Of a stretch of 37,134 bases of DNA, positions 16,723 to 25,891 are shown one piece after another. The first letter of the stretch is position 1; every line of letters starts with the position of its first letter. The DNA comes from a virus (Duplodnaviria > Caudoviricetes): the IMG/VR virus record IMGVR_UViG_3300037851_001078, positions 1-37,134 of that record. One strand, given 5' to 3'. Under the pieces are notes generated by a model. The model was not told the DNA's origin, searched no databases, and saw nothing but the letters and a program-made list of their open reading frames with translations. A program made the position numbers and the translations under genes.

Positions 16723-17279
16723 GTTCCCGCCGATTGTGTGTGATTGATTGTTGTTCCACGAATTGTCACAACTCCGCTTGCACTTACTTCAATTCCGTGG
16801 TTTGTCTTTCCGTACAATTTGAAGCTTCCATCGTTGTACAATCTTATTTTAGCACCAGCTTTTGTTCTTATTATGACGTCCTCATTTTTCAAAATCGCAA
16901 GATAGGAGCCAAAATCATTGTTGATAAGAAACATGCCTTCTGGGTCCTTTTGAATCTGCTTATCAGGAATCTTTGAATAGACATCGAATATTGAGCCAAG
17001 ATAGAAGTACTCTCCTTGTGCATTCAATACAAGTCCAAGCTCTCCAGGTTTCGGATACGAAATGAATCCTCGTCCATTTCCAAGCTTTGTATTGATGATT
17101 TTCACACCATCAATTTCTCTTGCATTGATGAGCGATTTCACTTTTATTACGTAATTTCCGATTTTGTCTTTTGCAACTGATTTAACTTGAACTCTCGTAA
17201 TCAAACTTGCAAATGACTTTTCAATTTTTAGTACGACATTCTTTTGAAGACCTCGTACAATATCTTTTGTGTCAGTCAT
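16707..17279 (-). CDS. Baseplate central spike (gpV/gp45-like)
   Basis: OB-fold-like N-terminus (GFISYPKPGELGLV) and short beta-helix repeats at the C-terminus. Confidence 0.75.
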   Translation of the reverse strand: MTDTKDIVRGLQKNVVLKIEKSFASLITRVQVKSVAKDKIGNYVIKVKSLINAREIDGVKIINTKLGNGRGFISYPKPGELGLVLNAQGEYFYLGSIFDVYSKIPDKQIQKDPEGMFLINNDFGSYLAILKNEDVIIRTKAGAKIRLYNDGSFKLYGKTNHGIEVSASGVVTIRGTTINHTQSAGTWQDL

Positions 17280-18394
17280 TTGAGGTCACCTTTCGTTTTT
17301 GCATTCACTTCAAGCGTATCAATGTCAGTGATTCCGTAATTGTCAAGAACCATCTTCTCTGGGAAACTCGTAATTGTTCCTGCTCGAACTGTGAGTGTAA
17401 GTATCATGTCTCCTTTATTCATAGTCAATGTCTTTTTTGAAATCGTAAAGAATCTGTCTCCTTTGAACTCATCGTGGTCGTTTATCGTACACATACTTCC
17501 GATTTGAATGTTAAGAGATGCTGCATTTACAGGTACACTGAATTGCATCGAATAATTTCGAAGTATGTCAAGTAGTTCATTTCTTGCCTTCTTTTCAAGC
17601 TCTTCTTTCGAACCTGTTGAGAAGTCGTATCTGTACAAAGGTCTAATCTGATTGTTTGCACCGTAATTAGCAAAATCAACTGCTATTCCTTTCACTCCTG
17701 CCATTCCATAGTAAATCACTGCATTGATGTCAGATGAAACATCTCCGTAGTCGAAAGTTCCAAGCATATTATTTTCGCTGTCAAATTCATAGACAGGAAA
17801 TCCTTTTCCTCTGTATCTGTATTGCAAGAAGAGTGGTGTTGTGATTACGACTTTATTCGAAATCGGTTCGTAGTAAACATACAGAACTGCCTTTTCTCTG
17901 ATGCTTCTGAAATATTCAAGGATATTCGTTGAAGGTTCAAGGTCTTTGATAATCAGTTCCGAACCATCTAATCGTAAATCAAATGATACGAATCCTGGAA
18001 GTTTCTTGTTAGCTTGCTGAGTTATTGATTGAATGAGGTATTTCAAATTGTCAACCGAAATCGCGAACTCCATATTCACTCTGTTGAACCTCGACATCTT
18101 GTCAAGGCATTGCCAAGTAATCGTTCTAGAAGTTTTAGATTTTCGTTTGAGTTTCTTATCGACATATCCTCTGAACTGACAAATGAATTTTGTACTATCA
18201 TCAGGCATGATGTAGTATTCAAAGTAGTCGTATTTCTGAATGATTTTCGAAATATCAGAATCTGCTGATGTTGAAAAAGACATAGAAGCAGAAACATCGT
18301 CCAATTCTTGTTCTACGCTGACATCACGAAAGTTTGAGAACTCAAAAACTTGGTTCTTTTTTGCCGATGTTAATCGTATGTATTCTCGTACCAT
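17276..18394 (-). CDS. Baseplate hub protein (gpD/gp44-like)
   Basis: Size, position between tube initiator and spike, and the FRGYVD...I.C.D pattern. Confidence 0.7.
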   Translation of the reverse strand: MVREYIRLTSAKKNQVFEFSNFRDVSVEQELDDVSASMSFSTSADSDISKIIQKYDYFEYYIMPDDSTKFICQFRGYVDKKLKRKSKTSRTITWQCLDKMSRFNRVNMEFAISVDNLKYLIQSITQQANKKLPGFVSFDLRLDGSELIIKDLEPSTNILEYFRSIREKAVLYVYYEPISNKVVITTPLFLQYRYRGKGFPVYEFDSENNMLGTFDYGDVSSDINAVIYYGMAGVKGIAVDFANYGANNQIRPLYRYDFSTGSKEELEKKARNELLDILRNYSMQFSVPVNAASLNIQIGSMCTINDHDEFKGDRFFTISKKTLTMNKGDMILTLTVRAGTITSFPEKMVLDNYGITDIDTLEVNAKTKGDLK

Positions 18395-18409
18395 TTTCCG
18401 TATACCTGT

Positions 18410-18973
18410 TCAGCGTTTGTCAATTTGATTCTGGTTCTTGAGGAAGTTCAACATGCTGTCCATATTTTTCGTATCTGCAACAGTGAAGTTTCTCTGTCTG
18501 AGTGTTGCTTTTTTGTATTCAACAATCGTGACATTTAGCATTATCGCGTCACTGCCATCTGTTATTGTTCCATCAATGCTTTCCAGAATGTAGACACCAA
18601 ACAAGTCCGCGGAATCAATGTTCGTAAACAAAGTGAATGGATTCTTTGTATCACGAAGTTTTTTGATGAAGTCGAAGTTCTCTTTCAAGCTTCCAATCAA
18701 GTAGATTGTACAAGAGATGTCTTGAATCAATCTTCCAGCATTGATGACCTCTGAACCATCGGCATCAATTGATTCATATCTGATGATAGAGTTCTTGTAC
18801 TTGTATCCGAATGATTGCATAATGTAGACAGGGAATGAGCGTGAAGAATTGATTTCGCTTAGCTGATACAAAATCGATTTTTGAAGCTTTGAATCTGATT
18901 TGTACACAGACAGCTTAGGTGCTTGTGTCACCACAGTTTGTTTTGTTGCCGGTTTGGGTTTTGCTTTTACCAT
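18410..18973 (-). CDS. Tail tube initiator-like protein
   Basis: Directly after the tape measure gene; GR...I....L...FG..ILESI...I.EY pattern. Confidence 0.55.
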   Translation of the reverse strand: MVKAKPKPATKQTVVTQAPKLSVYKSDSKLQKSILYQLSEINSSRSFPVYIMQSFGYKYKNSIIRYESIDADGSEVINAGRLIQDISCTIYLIGSLKENFDFIKKLRDTKNPFTLFTNIDSADLFGVYILESIDGTITDGSDAIMLNVTIVEYKKATLRQRNFTVADTKNMDSMLNFLKNQNQIDKR

Positions 18974-18974
18974 T

Positions 18975-20210
18975 TTACAAGCTCTTATTTGCGTCTAGCA
19001 CAGGATTTATGAACGCATTTCCAGTTTCTCTTGCCTGTCGTGGGTCCATCTGGTTTGTATGAATCACGACGTTAGCTGAACGGTTATCATTGACGTTTCT
19101 ATTATTCACATTTGTTGAAGCAGCAACTGTCTTTCCAGCACGAGTTGAAGCAGCAACATCTTCTTCCTCTTTGTCTTTTCCTCGTAACCACTTAACTGCT
19201 TTTGAAATCAACTTGATTCCCATAAACAGTGGAGAGTTCTCGACAGCGAATGAGAAGATTTTCTTGATTGCTTCCCACAACCATTTGAAGACAGTCACAA
19301 CAATCTCAACAGCTTTTCCAAAGATGTTGAAACGTTTTTGTAAGTAGACAATCAATGCAATAATTGCGACAATCGCAACAATAATCGCTCCAATCGGGTT
19401 AGCTGTGACAATCGCATTAAAGACCATCATCGCAGCACTCATCATTTTGACCATCGCAATGATTTTTGCAATAATCATAAATCCAGCAAGCGCTGTTCCA
19501 ACAATTCCTATTGCAACTCCAATTGCTTTCCAGATTGCTAAACTTGATTGTCCATCTTTGTTCATCATTCCAAAGAATGACGCAGCTGCTTTAAGGAATG
19601 GTCCAAATACTCCAACGAATACTTGAACTGTTGCAACGAATCCTTCGAATATTCCTTCAAGGATTGCAAATCCTATTCCAAAGACTGTATCAAACAACGG
19701 TCCAATGTCATGAAGGAATTTACGAAGTTCAATATCGAATCTTGACCAAGTATTCTGGAGTTTTCCCATAAACGCAATCCACTTAGTCTGGATTCCGCCA
19801 ATGTTTTCTTTCCAGACTCTTGAAACAACGTATAGCGCTCCTGCAATCAATGCAAGAGGTACTAACCAGCTTCCAATAGCTGAACCGATAAGTTTGATTT
19901 TCGCAACAAATGATTTTGCTCCGAATGACTCAAGAAGCTGATTGAACTCAGCAAACTTAGCACCCATCAATCCAAAGTATCCACCAGATGCCTTGAGTGA
20001 TTGCTGTGTCTTAACTAAGTCGAACATCTTGTTGTTCAATGAATCAAAGAAACGAACAAATCCAACGTCCGCAAATTGTCCCATAGCTTTTGTGTTGTCT
20101 TTTAGATTTTTACGTAAAGCATCAAACTTCTCATTTACTTTGTTCAGATTGTCAACTACCTTTGTAAGTTGTCCAACTCCAAGCATTTTGAGGTTTAGCT
20201 TTAGTTCCAT
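18975..20210 (-). CDS. Tape measure protein (short, 411 aa)
   Basis: Follows the chaperone; helical A/I/F/G-rich composition and the ANPIGAIIVAIVAIIA motif. Confidence 0.85.
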   Translation of the reverse strand: MELKLNLKMLGVGQLTKVVDNLNKVNEKFDALRKNLKDNTKAMGQFADVGFVRFFDSLNNKMFDLVKTQQSLKASGGYFGLMGAKFAEFNQLLESFGAKSFVAKIKLIGSAIGSWLVPLALIAGALYVVSRVWKENIGGIQTKWIAFMGKLQNTWSRFDIELRKFLHDIGPLFDTVFGIGFAILEGIFEGFVATVQVFVGVFGPFLKAAASFFGMMNKDGQSSLAIWKAIGVAIGIVGTALAGFMIIAKIIAMVKMMSAAMMVFNAIVTANPIGAIIVAIVAIIALIVYLQKRFNIFGKAVEIVVTVFKWLWEAIKKIFSFAVENSPLFMGIKLISKAVKWLRGKDKEEEDVAASTRAGKTVAASTNVNNRNVNDNRSANVVIHTNQMDPRQARETGNAFINPVLDANKSL

Positions 20211-20213
20211 TTT

Positions 20214-20785
20214 TTAGTCAACCATCGGATTTTGCGGTGTGTTTTTCTCGATTTCCTTCAAAGCGAATTCCAATGATTTCAATGCATCAGCCAGTTCCGA
20301 TACCTTGAATGAACTCAGCTCCGTTGGTAGTTTTTTGTATTGATACGCGAGCAATGCCTTTGTTTTCCAGTATTCATCCAAAAGCTTTTGAACTCCTTCC
20401 TTTCCGAATCTAAGATTGTATCTGGCTAACTTAGATTCGGCTAATTCAAAAAACTTTCGATGTCATATAGCTCCAGCATCGCTTTTTTCAGTGCAACTGT
20501 TTCTGAACCTTTCAGTTTATTGATTTCGAACTCTGATTCTTTAAGAACCGGTTCGACGCACGATTTGCAAATCAATTTGTTGAACATCAGGTTTTCCTTC
20601 AGTTCTTCAACGACCTGTCCTCGTTCTGTTCGACGAACTGTAGCTGACCTTGCAGCCTCTTCAATGATGCCGCCTGTCTGTTCTTCGAACTTATACATTG
20701 TTCCATTTCTCATCACACAGATGAGTTGGTCTCCTTCCCAGTAGATTTCACTTCTACGCTTTTTTACTTGTTCTGAGTCACTCAT
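20214..20785 (-). CDS. Tail assembly chaperone, long (G-T) form made by -1 frameshift at 20447-20453
   Basis: The -1 frame is open from T TTT TTG to TAA 20214 (FELAESKLARYNLRFGKEG...LAYQYKKLPTEL...NPMVD*), ending 3 nt before the tape measure ATG. Confidence 0.8.
20404..20453 (-). promoter_or_regulatory. -1 programmed ribosomal frameshift signal
   Basis: U UUU UUG heptamer, 6-nt spacer, then a perfect 11-bp stem CCGAATCTAAG/CTTAGATTCGG with a 15-nt loop. Confidence 0.82.
20441..20785 (-). CDS. Tail assembly chaperone, short (G) form, 114 aa
   Basis: Lies between tube and tape measure; starts MSDSEQ after AAAAATG and ends just past the slippery site. Confidence 0.8.
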   Translation of the reverse strand: MSDSEQVKKRRSEIYWEGDQLICVMRNGTMYKFEEQTGGIIEEAARSATVRRTERGQVVEELKENLMFNKLICKSCVEPVLKESEFEINKLKGSETVALKKAMLELYDIESFLN

Positions 20786-20981
20786 TTTTCCGTACCTCGG
20801 TTGTTCGTTTTTTGTAGAAGTTCGCAATCAAGTATCCGCCTTTGTAGATTATATCTACCTTGTCGAATGACGTTGATTTCTGTAGCTCAGCAAGCCAAGC
20901 CCCAGAGAAGAACTCCTCTTGCGACAGCTTGAACTTCTTCTTACTTCTCGTAATATCCTCAAGTGGGTGTTCAAGTGCCAT
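20778..20981 (-). CDS. Hypothetical 67-aa protein
   Basis: First ORF behind the class B promoter at 21010-21017. Confidence 0.7.
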   Translation of the reverse strand: MALEHPLEDITRSKKKFKLSQEEFFSGAWLAELQKSTSFDKVDIIYKGGYLIANFYKKRTTEVRKNE

Positions 20982-21029
20982 TTTTATAGAAAGAATATTT
21001 TTTCTTATATTTATAAACTTATTTAAGAG
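20978..21029 (-). promoter_or_regulatory. Class B promoter (duplicate of 16223-16274)
   Basis: TATA at 21010-21017, 29 nt from ATG 20981. Confidence 0.85.
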
Positions 21030-21145
21030 TCGAAAAAAGTCACTTCTAATGAATACCAGACAAAAAAGTGAATTAACTGGTTGACTTCTGGTTCATTATT
21101 ACTGACCTATCCATATATTACCATTAACCAAAAATCGAAGAAATC

Positions 21146-21173
21146 AAAAAAAGAAAAAAGTGGTGGGAGCCAC
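21146..21173 (-). terminator. Hairpin plus U-tract terminator after the tail tube gene
   Basis: GTGG/CCAC stem followed by TTTTTTCTTTTTTT on the - strand. Confidence 0.65.
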
Positions 21174-21608
21174 TTAATTGTCCCACCTGAAGCCCAATCC
21201 TGTAAAGTTGATTGTCTGTTTGGTTTCATTCTCGAGAGAATGCTCGATTGGAAAGCCATCAATAGTGCATCCAAGAACTGTGAAGTTCCTATCAACACCT
21301 TTTTCATCAACAGCTACTCCTCTCAAATCAAACACAACCGGGTCGGATGCGAATGAAGGCCAGAGCTTAACAAGGAAAGCCTTGTCAACCAATATCCTTT
21401 CAAACGAACCTGAAACTTCCTTTTTGAGGAAAACCCTGTCAACAGGTGAACCTTTCTTACCTGCCTCATAGAGAGTAGTTTTGTTAACAACAAGATTCAC
21501 ACTAACAGTTTGAATCATGCCGATACGTTCCTTGTCTCCATTTGCAGTATCAATCCATACGCTTACATCATTAAGCGTGATTGCCTTGGTGTTAGTTGCT
21601 TTTGCCAT
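21174..21608 (-). CDS. Tail tube protein
   Basis: 144 aa, directly after the sheath gene; IG.IQ.V....E.G...VSGSFER...GC.I beta-rich pattern. Confidence 0.85.
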   Translation of the reverse strand: MAKATNTKAITLNDVSVWIDTANGDKERIGMIQTVSVNLVVNKTTLYEAGKKGSPVDRVFLKKEVSGSFERILVDKAFLVKLWPSFASDPVVFDLRGVAVDEKGVDRNFTVLGCTIDGFPIEHSLENETKQTINFTGLGFRWDN

Positions 21609-21615
21609 TTTGTTC

Positions 21616-22992
21616 TCACACGTTCAACGTTAGGTTGAATGTTATGTAGTCAACCTCGCTAATCAGCAGCAATGATACGTTGATTATCACTGACCGTGGG
21701 TCGCTGCCTTTCAATACCTCAACCTCTGCATCCTCGATAATTCTATCCTTCGTAATGTCATTCATAAACGCATTAATCGAAGATTTGATAGCCTGTCTTG
21801 TGATGCCGTCGTTGACCTGTCCAAAGTAACCTTTGGAGATATTGTAGACATTTTCCTTGATGTAATCAACTTTTCTCTTGCTGTCGAGTTGGAATGACCA
21901 AGTTCCGGATGAACCAGCCCTTGTAACACCCATAATGACGCCGTACACATCTGTGAATGTCTTACCAACAACGGTGAAACCTCTGCTGATAAGCGATTCT
22001 CTTTCACTATCTGTGTAGTCGTTCTCTGCAAGTGACTTTCCACCAATCATTGCAATTGATTTGAATGTTGGTGAATCATTTACCGGCAAGGAACAAAGTC
22101 TTCCTGCGTAGCAAGCTGCGCTGTATGTCGCATCAAGCCATTTGTTTGTGTCGGATTTATCATCAGCTGCGTTACCTGTAAAGAATGAGGTATGCACAAC
22201 AACAATATTTCCTTCACTGTCTGTCGCTGTTCTCGCTGTTGTTACTGAAATGTCTTCAAACTTAGTAACACCACCGACGTATGTCGAGTATTTATGTTCT
22301 TGCACAGCTCTTGTCGCCATGTATGAACCCATTGTCGCGTGGAAGTTATCAGATGTTTGCTCCGGAGTAACCAAGTAGTCCCATTCCTTCGTAATCAACG
22401 ATGTATCAAGCACCGTTGTGTAGTCAGAAGAACTAATGTTTGTTCCGTTTGCACCACCAGCAAGATTTGCTTGTGTAGCAGCAGTTACAAATGGTGTTGC
22501 AGCAACTAATGTTGCAGTTACAACTGCACTTCCAGTTCCAGATGCGTTTATCGCATTGACGATATCTGTGTTTGTCGCAAGATTCAAGAACTTTTCAACC
22601 TTTGTCCCGTAGTAGATGTAGACATCCATATTTGAACCGTTTGCAAGAACAGCTACCGAAATCGAATTTCCGAAAGTACCATCGTACTTTCCTGTGAGTG
22701 TAATCACAGGCGTTGCTGTACTTAGCAATGTCTTGCTTGCTTTTGCCTTTGTCGTTCCAGCAATTCTCACTGCTGAAAGCAATCTGCCGCCACCGTCGAA
22801 GAAGCGCCTTGCTGCCTCAAACATGACACCAGATTTGTAGAACTCTTTAAGTTCTGTGATAGAGCTGAACTCTTTCACCACGCCTACTTCGCCCCAATCA
22901 GCCAAGGCAATCATAGCTGAAGTTGCGTATAGGTCTCCACCACCGAGAGTGTAATTATCTCGGGTGTTCACTGTATATGATGGCTGAACCAT
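21616..22992 (-). CDS. Contractile tail sheath protein
   Basis: A.WG.V, FF.GG....VR, GKY.G..GN.I.V, LAGG.NG, AG......SPT.K and C-terminal YI...L motifs. Confidence 0.92.
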   Translation of the reverse strand: MVQPSYTVNTRDNYTLGGGDLYATSAMIALADWGEVGVVKEFSSITELKEFYKSGVMFEAARRFFDGGGRLLSAVRIAGTTKAKASKTLLSTATPVITLTGKYDGTFGNSISVAVLANGSNMDVYIYYGTKVEKFLNLATNTDIVNAINASGTGSAVVTATLVAATPFVTAATQANLAGGANGTNISSSDYTTVLDTSLITKEWDYLVTPEQTSDNFHATMGSYMATRAVQEHKYSTYVGGVTKFEDISVTTARTATDSEGNIVVVHTSFFTGNAADDKSDTNKWLDATYSAACYAGRLCSLPVNDSPTFKSIAMIGGKSLAENDYTDSERESLISRGFTVVGKTFTDVYGVIMGVTRAGSSGTWSFQLDSKRKVDYIKENVYNISKGYFGQVNDGITRQAIKSSINAFMNDITKDRIIEDAEVEVLKGSDPRSVIINVSLLLISEVDYITFNLTLNV

Positions 22993-22997
22993 TTTTC

Positions 22998-23189
22998 TTA
23001 TACCTCTATGCGGTCAAATTCCTCCTCTGTTACAACTCCATGCTTCTTGTCAAAATAGAAGTACAACTTCTCGTTTTTGCCTGTACTTCGTGCCCATTCA
23101 GACGGAAGCAGCTTTAGAGTTGAACTTGGACCTGATGATGTCTCTTCCGCAAAAGACTCCACACTTGATTCGCGTTGTTTTTTCGCCAT
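22998..23189 (-). CDS. Hypothetical 63-aa protein upstream of the sheath gene
   Basis: GAGGA SD before ATG 23189. Confidence 0.65.
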   Translation of the reverse strand: MAKKQRESSVESFAEETSSGPSSTLKLLPSEWARSTGKNEKLYFYFDKKHGVVTEEEFDRIEV

Positions 23190-23200
23190 TTGTTTGTTCC

Positions 23201-23809
23201 TCAACTCTGATTATTGACCGTATAATTTTGTATGATTGTTTGAATCAATTGGTCAGGATTGAAGATTATGTCTTTCTCAGCCAGTATTGGAATGTTCACT
23301 GTCATCGAATTGATAATCCTCTTTGTCGAGTCCTCGTAATTCAAATCATACGTTTTTTCAAACGGTCGATAATAGTATGCTACATCTCGTAGTTCCGCTT
23401 CTGCTGCATCTATCTGTTTGATTATCTCTGTGAAGAGCAAGTTTCCTAGCAGAGCGTTTTTCGCAAGAATTACTTGTCCATCTGGTCTTGCGATGCTGTA
23501 TTTCAATTCTGACTTTACGAACAATCCTATCCAGACAGTCACATTGTAGACCTTGCCATAAGTGATTCGTTTTATTTCGTCTGTCGACTTTAGATTATCA
23601 CTGACATATCCACCTGCACTGACGGGTGATTCTTCTAAATTCAGAAATTGAATAGTTACACGAGGGTAGTCATCATCTATTGAGGTTGGGATTTCCGGCC
23701 AAATCCACTGATTTTTTGGAGTAGGCATAGCTGCCCTTTGAGAATTAACGTCCGGTACACGTCTTAGAATCTTTTCAAAGACGTAGTATAAATCATAAAG
23801 CGGTTCCAT
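23201..23809 (-). CDS. Tail terminator/completion protein
   Basis: Position before the sheath gene; YPRVTI motif typical of tail terminators. Confidence 0.65.
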   Translation of the reverse strand: MEPLYDLYYVFEKILRRVPDVNSQRAAMPTPKNQWIWPEIPTSIDDDYPRVTIQFLNLEESPVSAGGYVSDNLKSTDEIKRITYGKVYNVTVWIGLFVKSELKYSIARPDGQVILAKNALLGNLLFTEIIKQIDAAEAELRDVAYYYRPFEKTYDLNYEDSTKRIINSMTVNIPILAEKDIIFNPDQLIQTIIQNYTVNNQS

Positions 23810-23877
23810 TTTTCTTACCAGTTCTTAGGTATATGCTAAGAGTCACAAGTTCTTATGTAACTCCCTTAGAATAGAAT

Positions 23878-23902
23878 TTAATTCGAATATTTATAAACTT
23901 AA
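23878..23902 (-). promoter_or_regulatory. Class B promoter followed by a structured ~50-nt 5' leader
   Basis: TAAGTTTATAAATATTCGAATTAA; TATA at 23890-23897, 81 nt from ATG 23809. Confidence 0.75.
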
Positions 23903-23912
23903 TCATGAACAA

Positions 23913-24368
23913 TCAATTGATGACTTTCATGAAGAAATGCTGCCATAGAAGCGGTTGGTCATTCATTGCAATATCTTCGAATGTCTCTGACAAAGAAAAT
24001 GTTTGGCCGTTGAACTCAATCAAATCTGTTGGAAGAACTTTGTCGAATTTTGTATCAACACGATTTCCATTTCTGTCAGTTCCGAATGACGGATAGAGTG
24101 TCGGATTTGTATAGACTTCGTAATTGTATTGAGTTACAATTCCTTCTTTAGAAACGTTATATGGTTTTGGCTTTACAGGATTGACGTTCATTCGAATTTG
24201 ATATCGAATTTCTGTATGCGCAGGTTGTTCTGAACCGAAATTTCCCTCATCAAGCGTTGGTCGTCGTACCAATGTCACCATCGTGGTGTTCATAGGAAAA
24301 ACTAACCCGTACGTAGTTTGTATGTGCTGGGTCAATCCCAAATCGCTAAATGGGTCAAATGTGTCCAT
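23913..24368 (-). CDS. Head closure/neck protein (putative)
   Basis: Neck position; beta-rich with D.IEFNG..F pattern as in SPP1 gp16-like proteins. Confidence 0.55.
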   Translation of the reverse strand: MDTFDPFSDLGLTQHIQTTYGLVFPMNTTMVTLVRRPTLDEGNFGSEQPAHTEIRYQIRMNVNPVKPKPYNVSKEGIVTQYNYEVYTNPTLYPSFGTDRNGNRVDTKFDKVLPTDLIEFNGQTFSLSETFEDIAMNDQPLLWQHFFMKVIN

Positions 24369-24370
24369 CG

Positions 24371-24727
24371 TTATATCTCGTCGAATATTGCGAATGTGCC
24401 AAGCTTGATTTTTCTGGAAGAAACGCCAGTAGCATTAATTTCAGCTTCTGCTTCGTAGATTCCAACTTCGTTCATATCAGTTGATTGAACGGTGTACTTG
24501 CAAGTACCTTTCGCTGCATCAACGATGGTGCATGTTCCATCAATCTTTTTTACGGTGCTATTCAAATTCTTCGTTTGGAATTTCACTGTCTTACCCGTCA
24601 AATCGATTGCAGTTCCATCATCTTCCGTTAACGCGAACGAAATGTCGAACCCATATTCTCCTTTGACAAAAGTAGGCAGCTTGTTCTCGAGATTTGAATT
24701 GTCAACCGAAACTATCGCTTTTACCAT
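24371..24727 (-). CDS. BppU N-terminal-like Ig-fold structural protein
   Basis: DG.AIDLTGKTVKF...G.C.IVDA..G.C.Y.....D....G.YEAE pattern. Confidence 0.7.
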   Translation of the reverse strand: MVKAIVSVDNSNLENKLPTFVKGEYGFDISFALTEDDGTAIDLTGKTVKFQTKNLNSTVKKIDGTCTIVDAAKGTCKYTVQSTDMNEVGIYEAEAEINATGVSSRKIKLGTFAIFDEI

Positions 24728-24729
24728 TT

Positions 24730-25401
24730 TTATAGTCTCCGGCCAAGCCACTTGTTATTTGTTCTAGTTCGCTCAATTACTAAAGGCATGAATCTGTGAT
24801 AGATGTCAGCCATCTCTTCTTCGTTTGCCTTTTTGAGCTCATCAAAGTCAGACGCATTGACCTCTACACTGACTCCGTTTAGGTTCCATCTCGAAATACC
24901 CTTCTGCCTAAGGTATAGGAGCACGTCCTTGTTGAGTATGTTGAATGTCATCAAAGCAAGCCATCTTCGTATGTTGTCAATCTTGTCAGCTGAATAGCAA
25001 TCAATTCGTGATTTGTTGAATCGTAGAACTAATTGTCTATCAGCAGCTGTTGGAAGTGCTTGCGAATATGTCAACTTTGCAATTGTTCCATTTGGAGACG
25101 GAAGATACATGACCTCAACAGTTGTTACGCTGCTTTGCAAATCGTATTTGTTGTAATCTGGGTCATATTCAAATATCTCGAAGTCCGACGGTTTGATGTT
25201 CACTGACAAATCCTTGCTCAGAGGAAACCAATCTTGGAATTTGATTATCTGAGATGTTGTTGGTGTTTGCAATTGAAACTCTTCCGTCCTCTTCATAAGA
25301 CGAACCAAGTTCTGGTTTGCTGTTAAGATAGCATTAAGTACTTGAGTTTCGTCCATTTGTAGCTTGTACAAGCCATTGAATGCCGATGGTGTAAGTATCA
25401 T
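24730..25401 (-). CDS. Head-tail adaptor/neck protein (putative)
   Basis: First gene of the neck operon; C-terminal S.W.L.GVSV.....L pattern as in adaptors. Confidence 0.55.
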   Translation of the reverse strand: MILTPSAFNGLYKLQMDETQVLNAILTANQNLVRLMKRTEEFQLQTPTTSQIIKFQDWFPLSKDLSVNIKPSDFEIFEYDPDYNKYDLQSSVTTVEVMYLPSPNGTIAKLTYSQALPTAADRQLVLRFNKSRIDCYSADKIDNIRRWLALMTFNILNKDVLLYLRQKGISRWNLNGVSVEVNASDFDELKKANEEEMADIYHRFMPLVIERTRTNNKWLGRRL

Positions 25402-25445
25402 TTTTATATGTATGAATTAATTTCTTATATTTAAAAACTTAATTA
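25399..25445 (-). promoter_or_regulatory. Class B promoter; identical 47-bp copy at 29598-29644
   Basis: TAAGTTTTTAAATATAAGAAATTAATTCATACATATAAAAATG; TATA 29 nt from the ATG. Confidence 0.85.
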
Positions 25446-25777
25446 TCCAGAATGTCATCAGCAGGACCATCATTGATTTCATGATTTATATTCTGAGAAG
25501 AAATTTTGTCTTTTTCTTGACGTTCTTTTTTAAGTCTTGCCCACTCTTCGTATTGTTTCGTTTCTTTGAGTTTTTTGTCAAAAAGAGGCTTAGAAACCTT
25601 CTGAAGTCGATGTTCGTTTTTCCGATGTTTGCCTTTTCCAAGAATGAAGTAGATTAAACGATTGCAAGGTACTGACTTGTAAGAGTAATTTTGTCGAACA
25701 GTTACGAAGTATAAATCAAACATCATTGAATAATGTTGAACTGTTCCGTTCTTTAGAACAAAAGCTTTAGATTTCAT
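25439..25777 (-). CDS. Hypothetical basic protein with a class A promoter
   Basis: 112-aa Lys-rich ORF with a GGTG-rich SD region. Confidence 0.65.
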   Translation of the reverse strand: MKSKAFVLKNGTVQHYSMMFDLYFVTVRQNYSYKSVPCNRLIYFILGKGKHRKNEHRLQKVSKPLFDKKLKETKQYEEWARLKKERQEKDKISSQNINHEINDGPADDILDN

Positions 25778-25837
25778 TCACACCAACCACCACCCTGCAC
25801 TGAATATGAGTTAATTTTATAAATGTTTAAAAATATT

Positions 25838-25856
25838 AATGTTTATAAATTTTTCT
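25838..25856 (-). promoter_or_regulatory. Class A promoter inside the late region
   Basis: AGAAAAATTTATAAACATT resembles the 2149 and 4898 promoters rather than class B. Confidence 0.6.
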
Positions 25857-25891
25857 ATTTTTTGACAATTTTTGCAAATTTTACGACTTTC

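Noticed and set aside
8652-22992. Extracellular contractile injection system or tailocin
   Set aside because: Capsid, scaffold, protease, MuF and neck genes are contiguous with the tail genes, so this is a virus.
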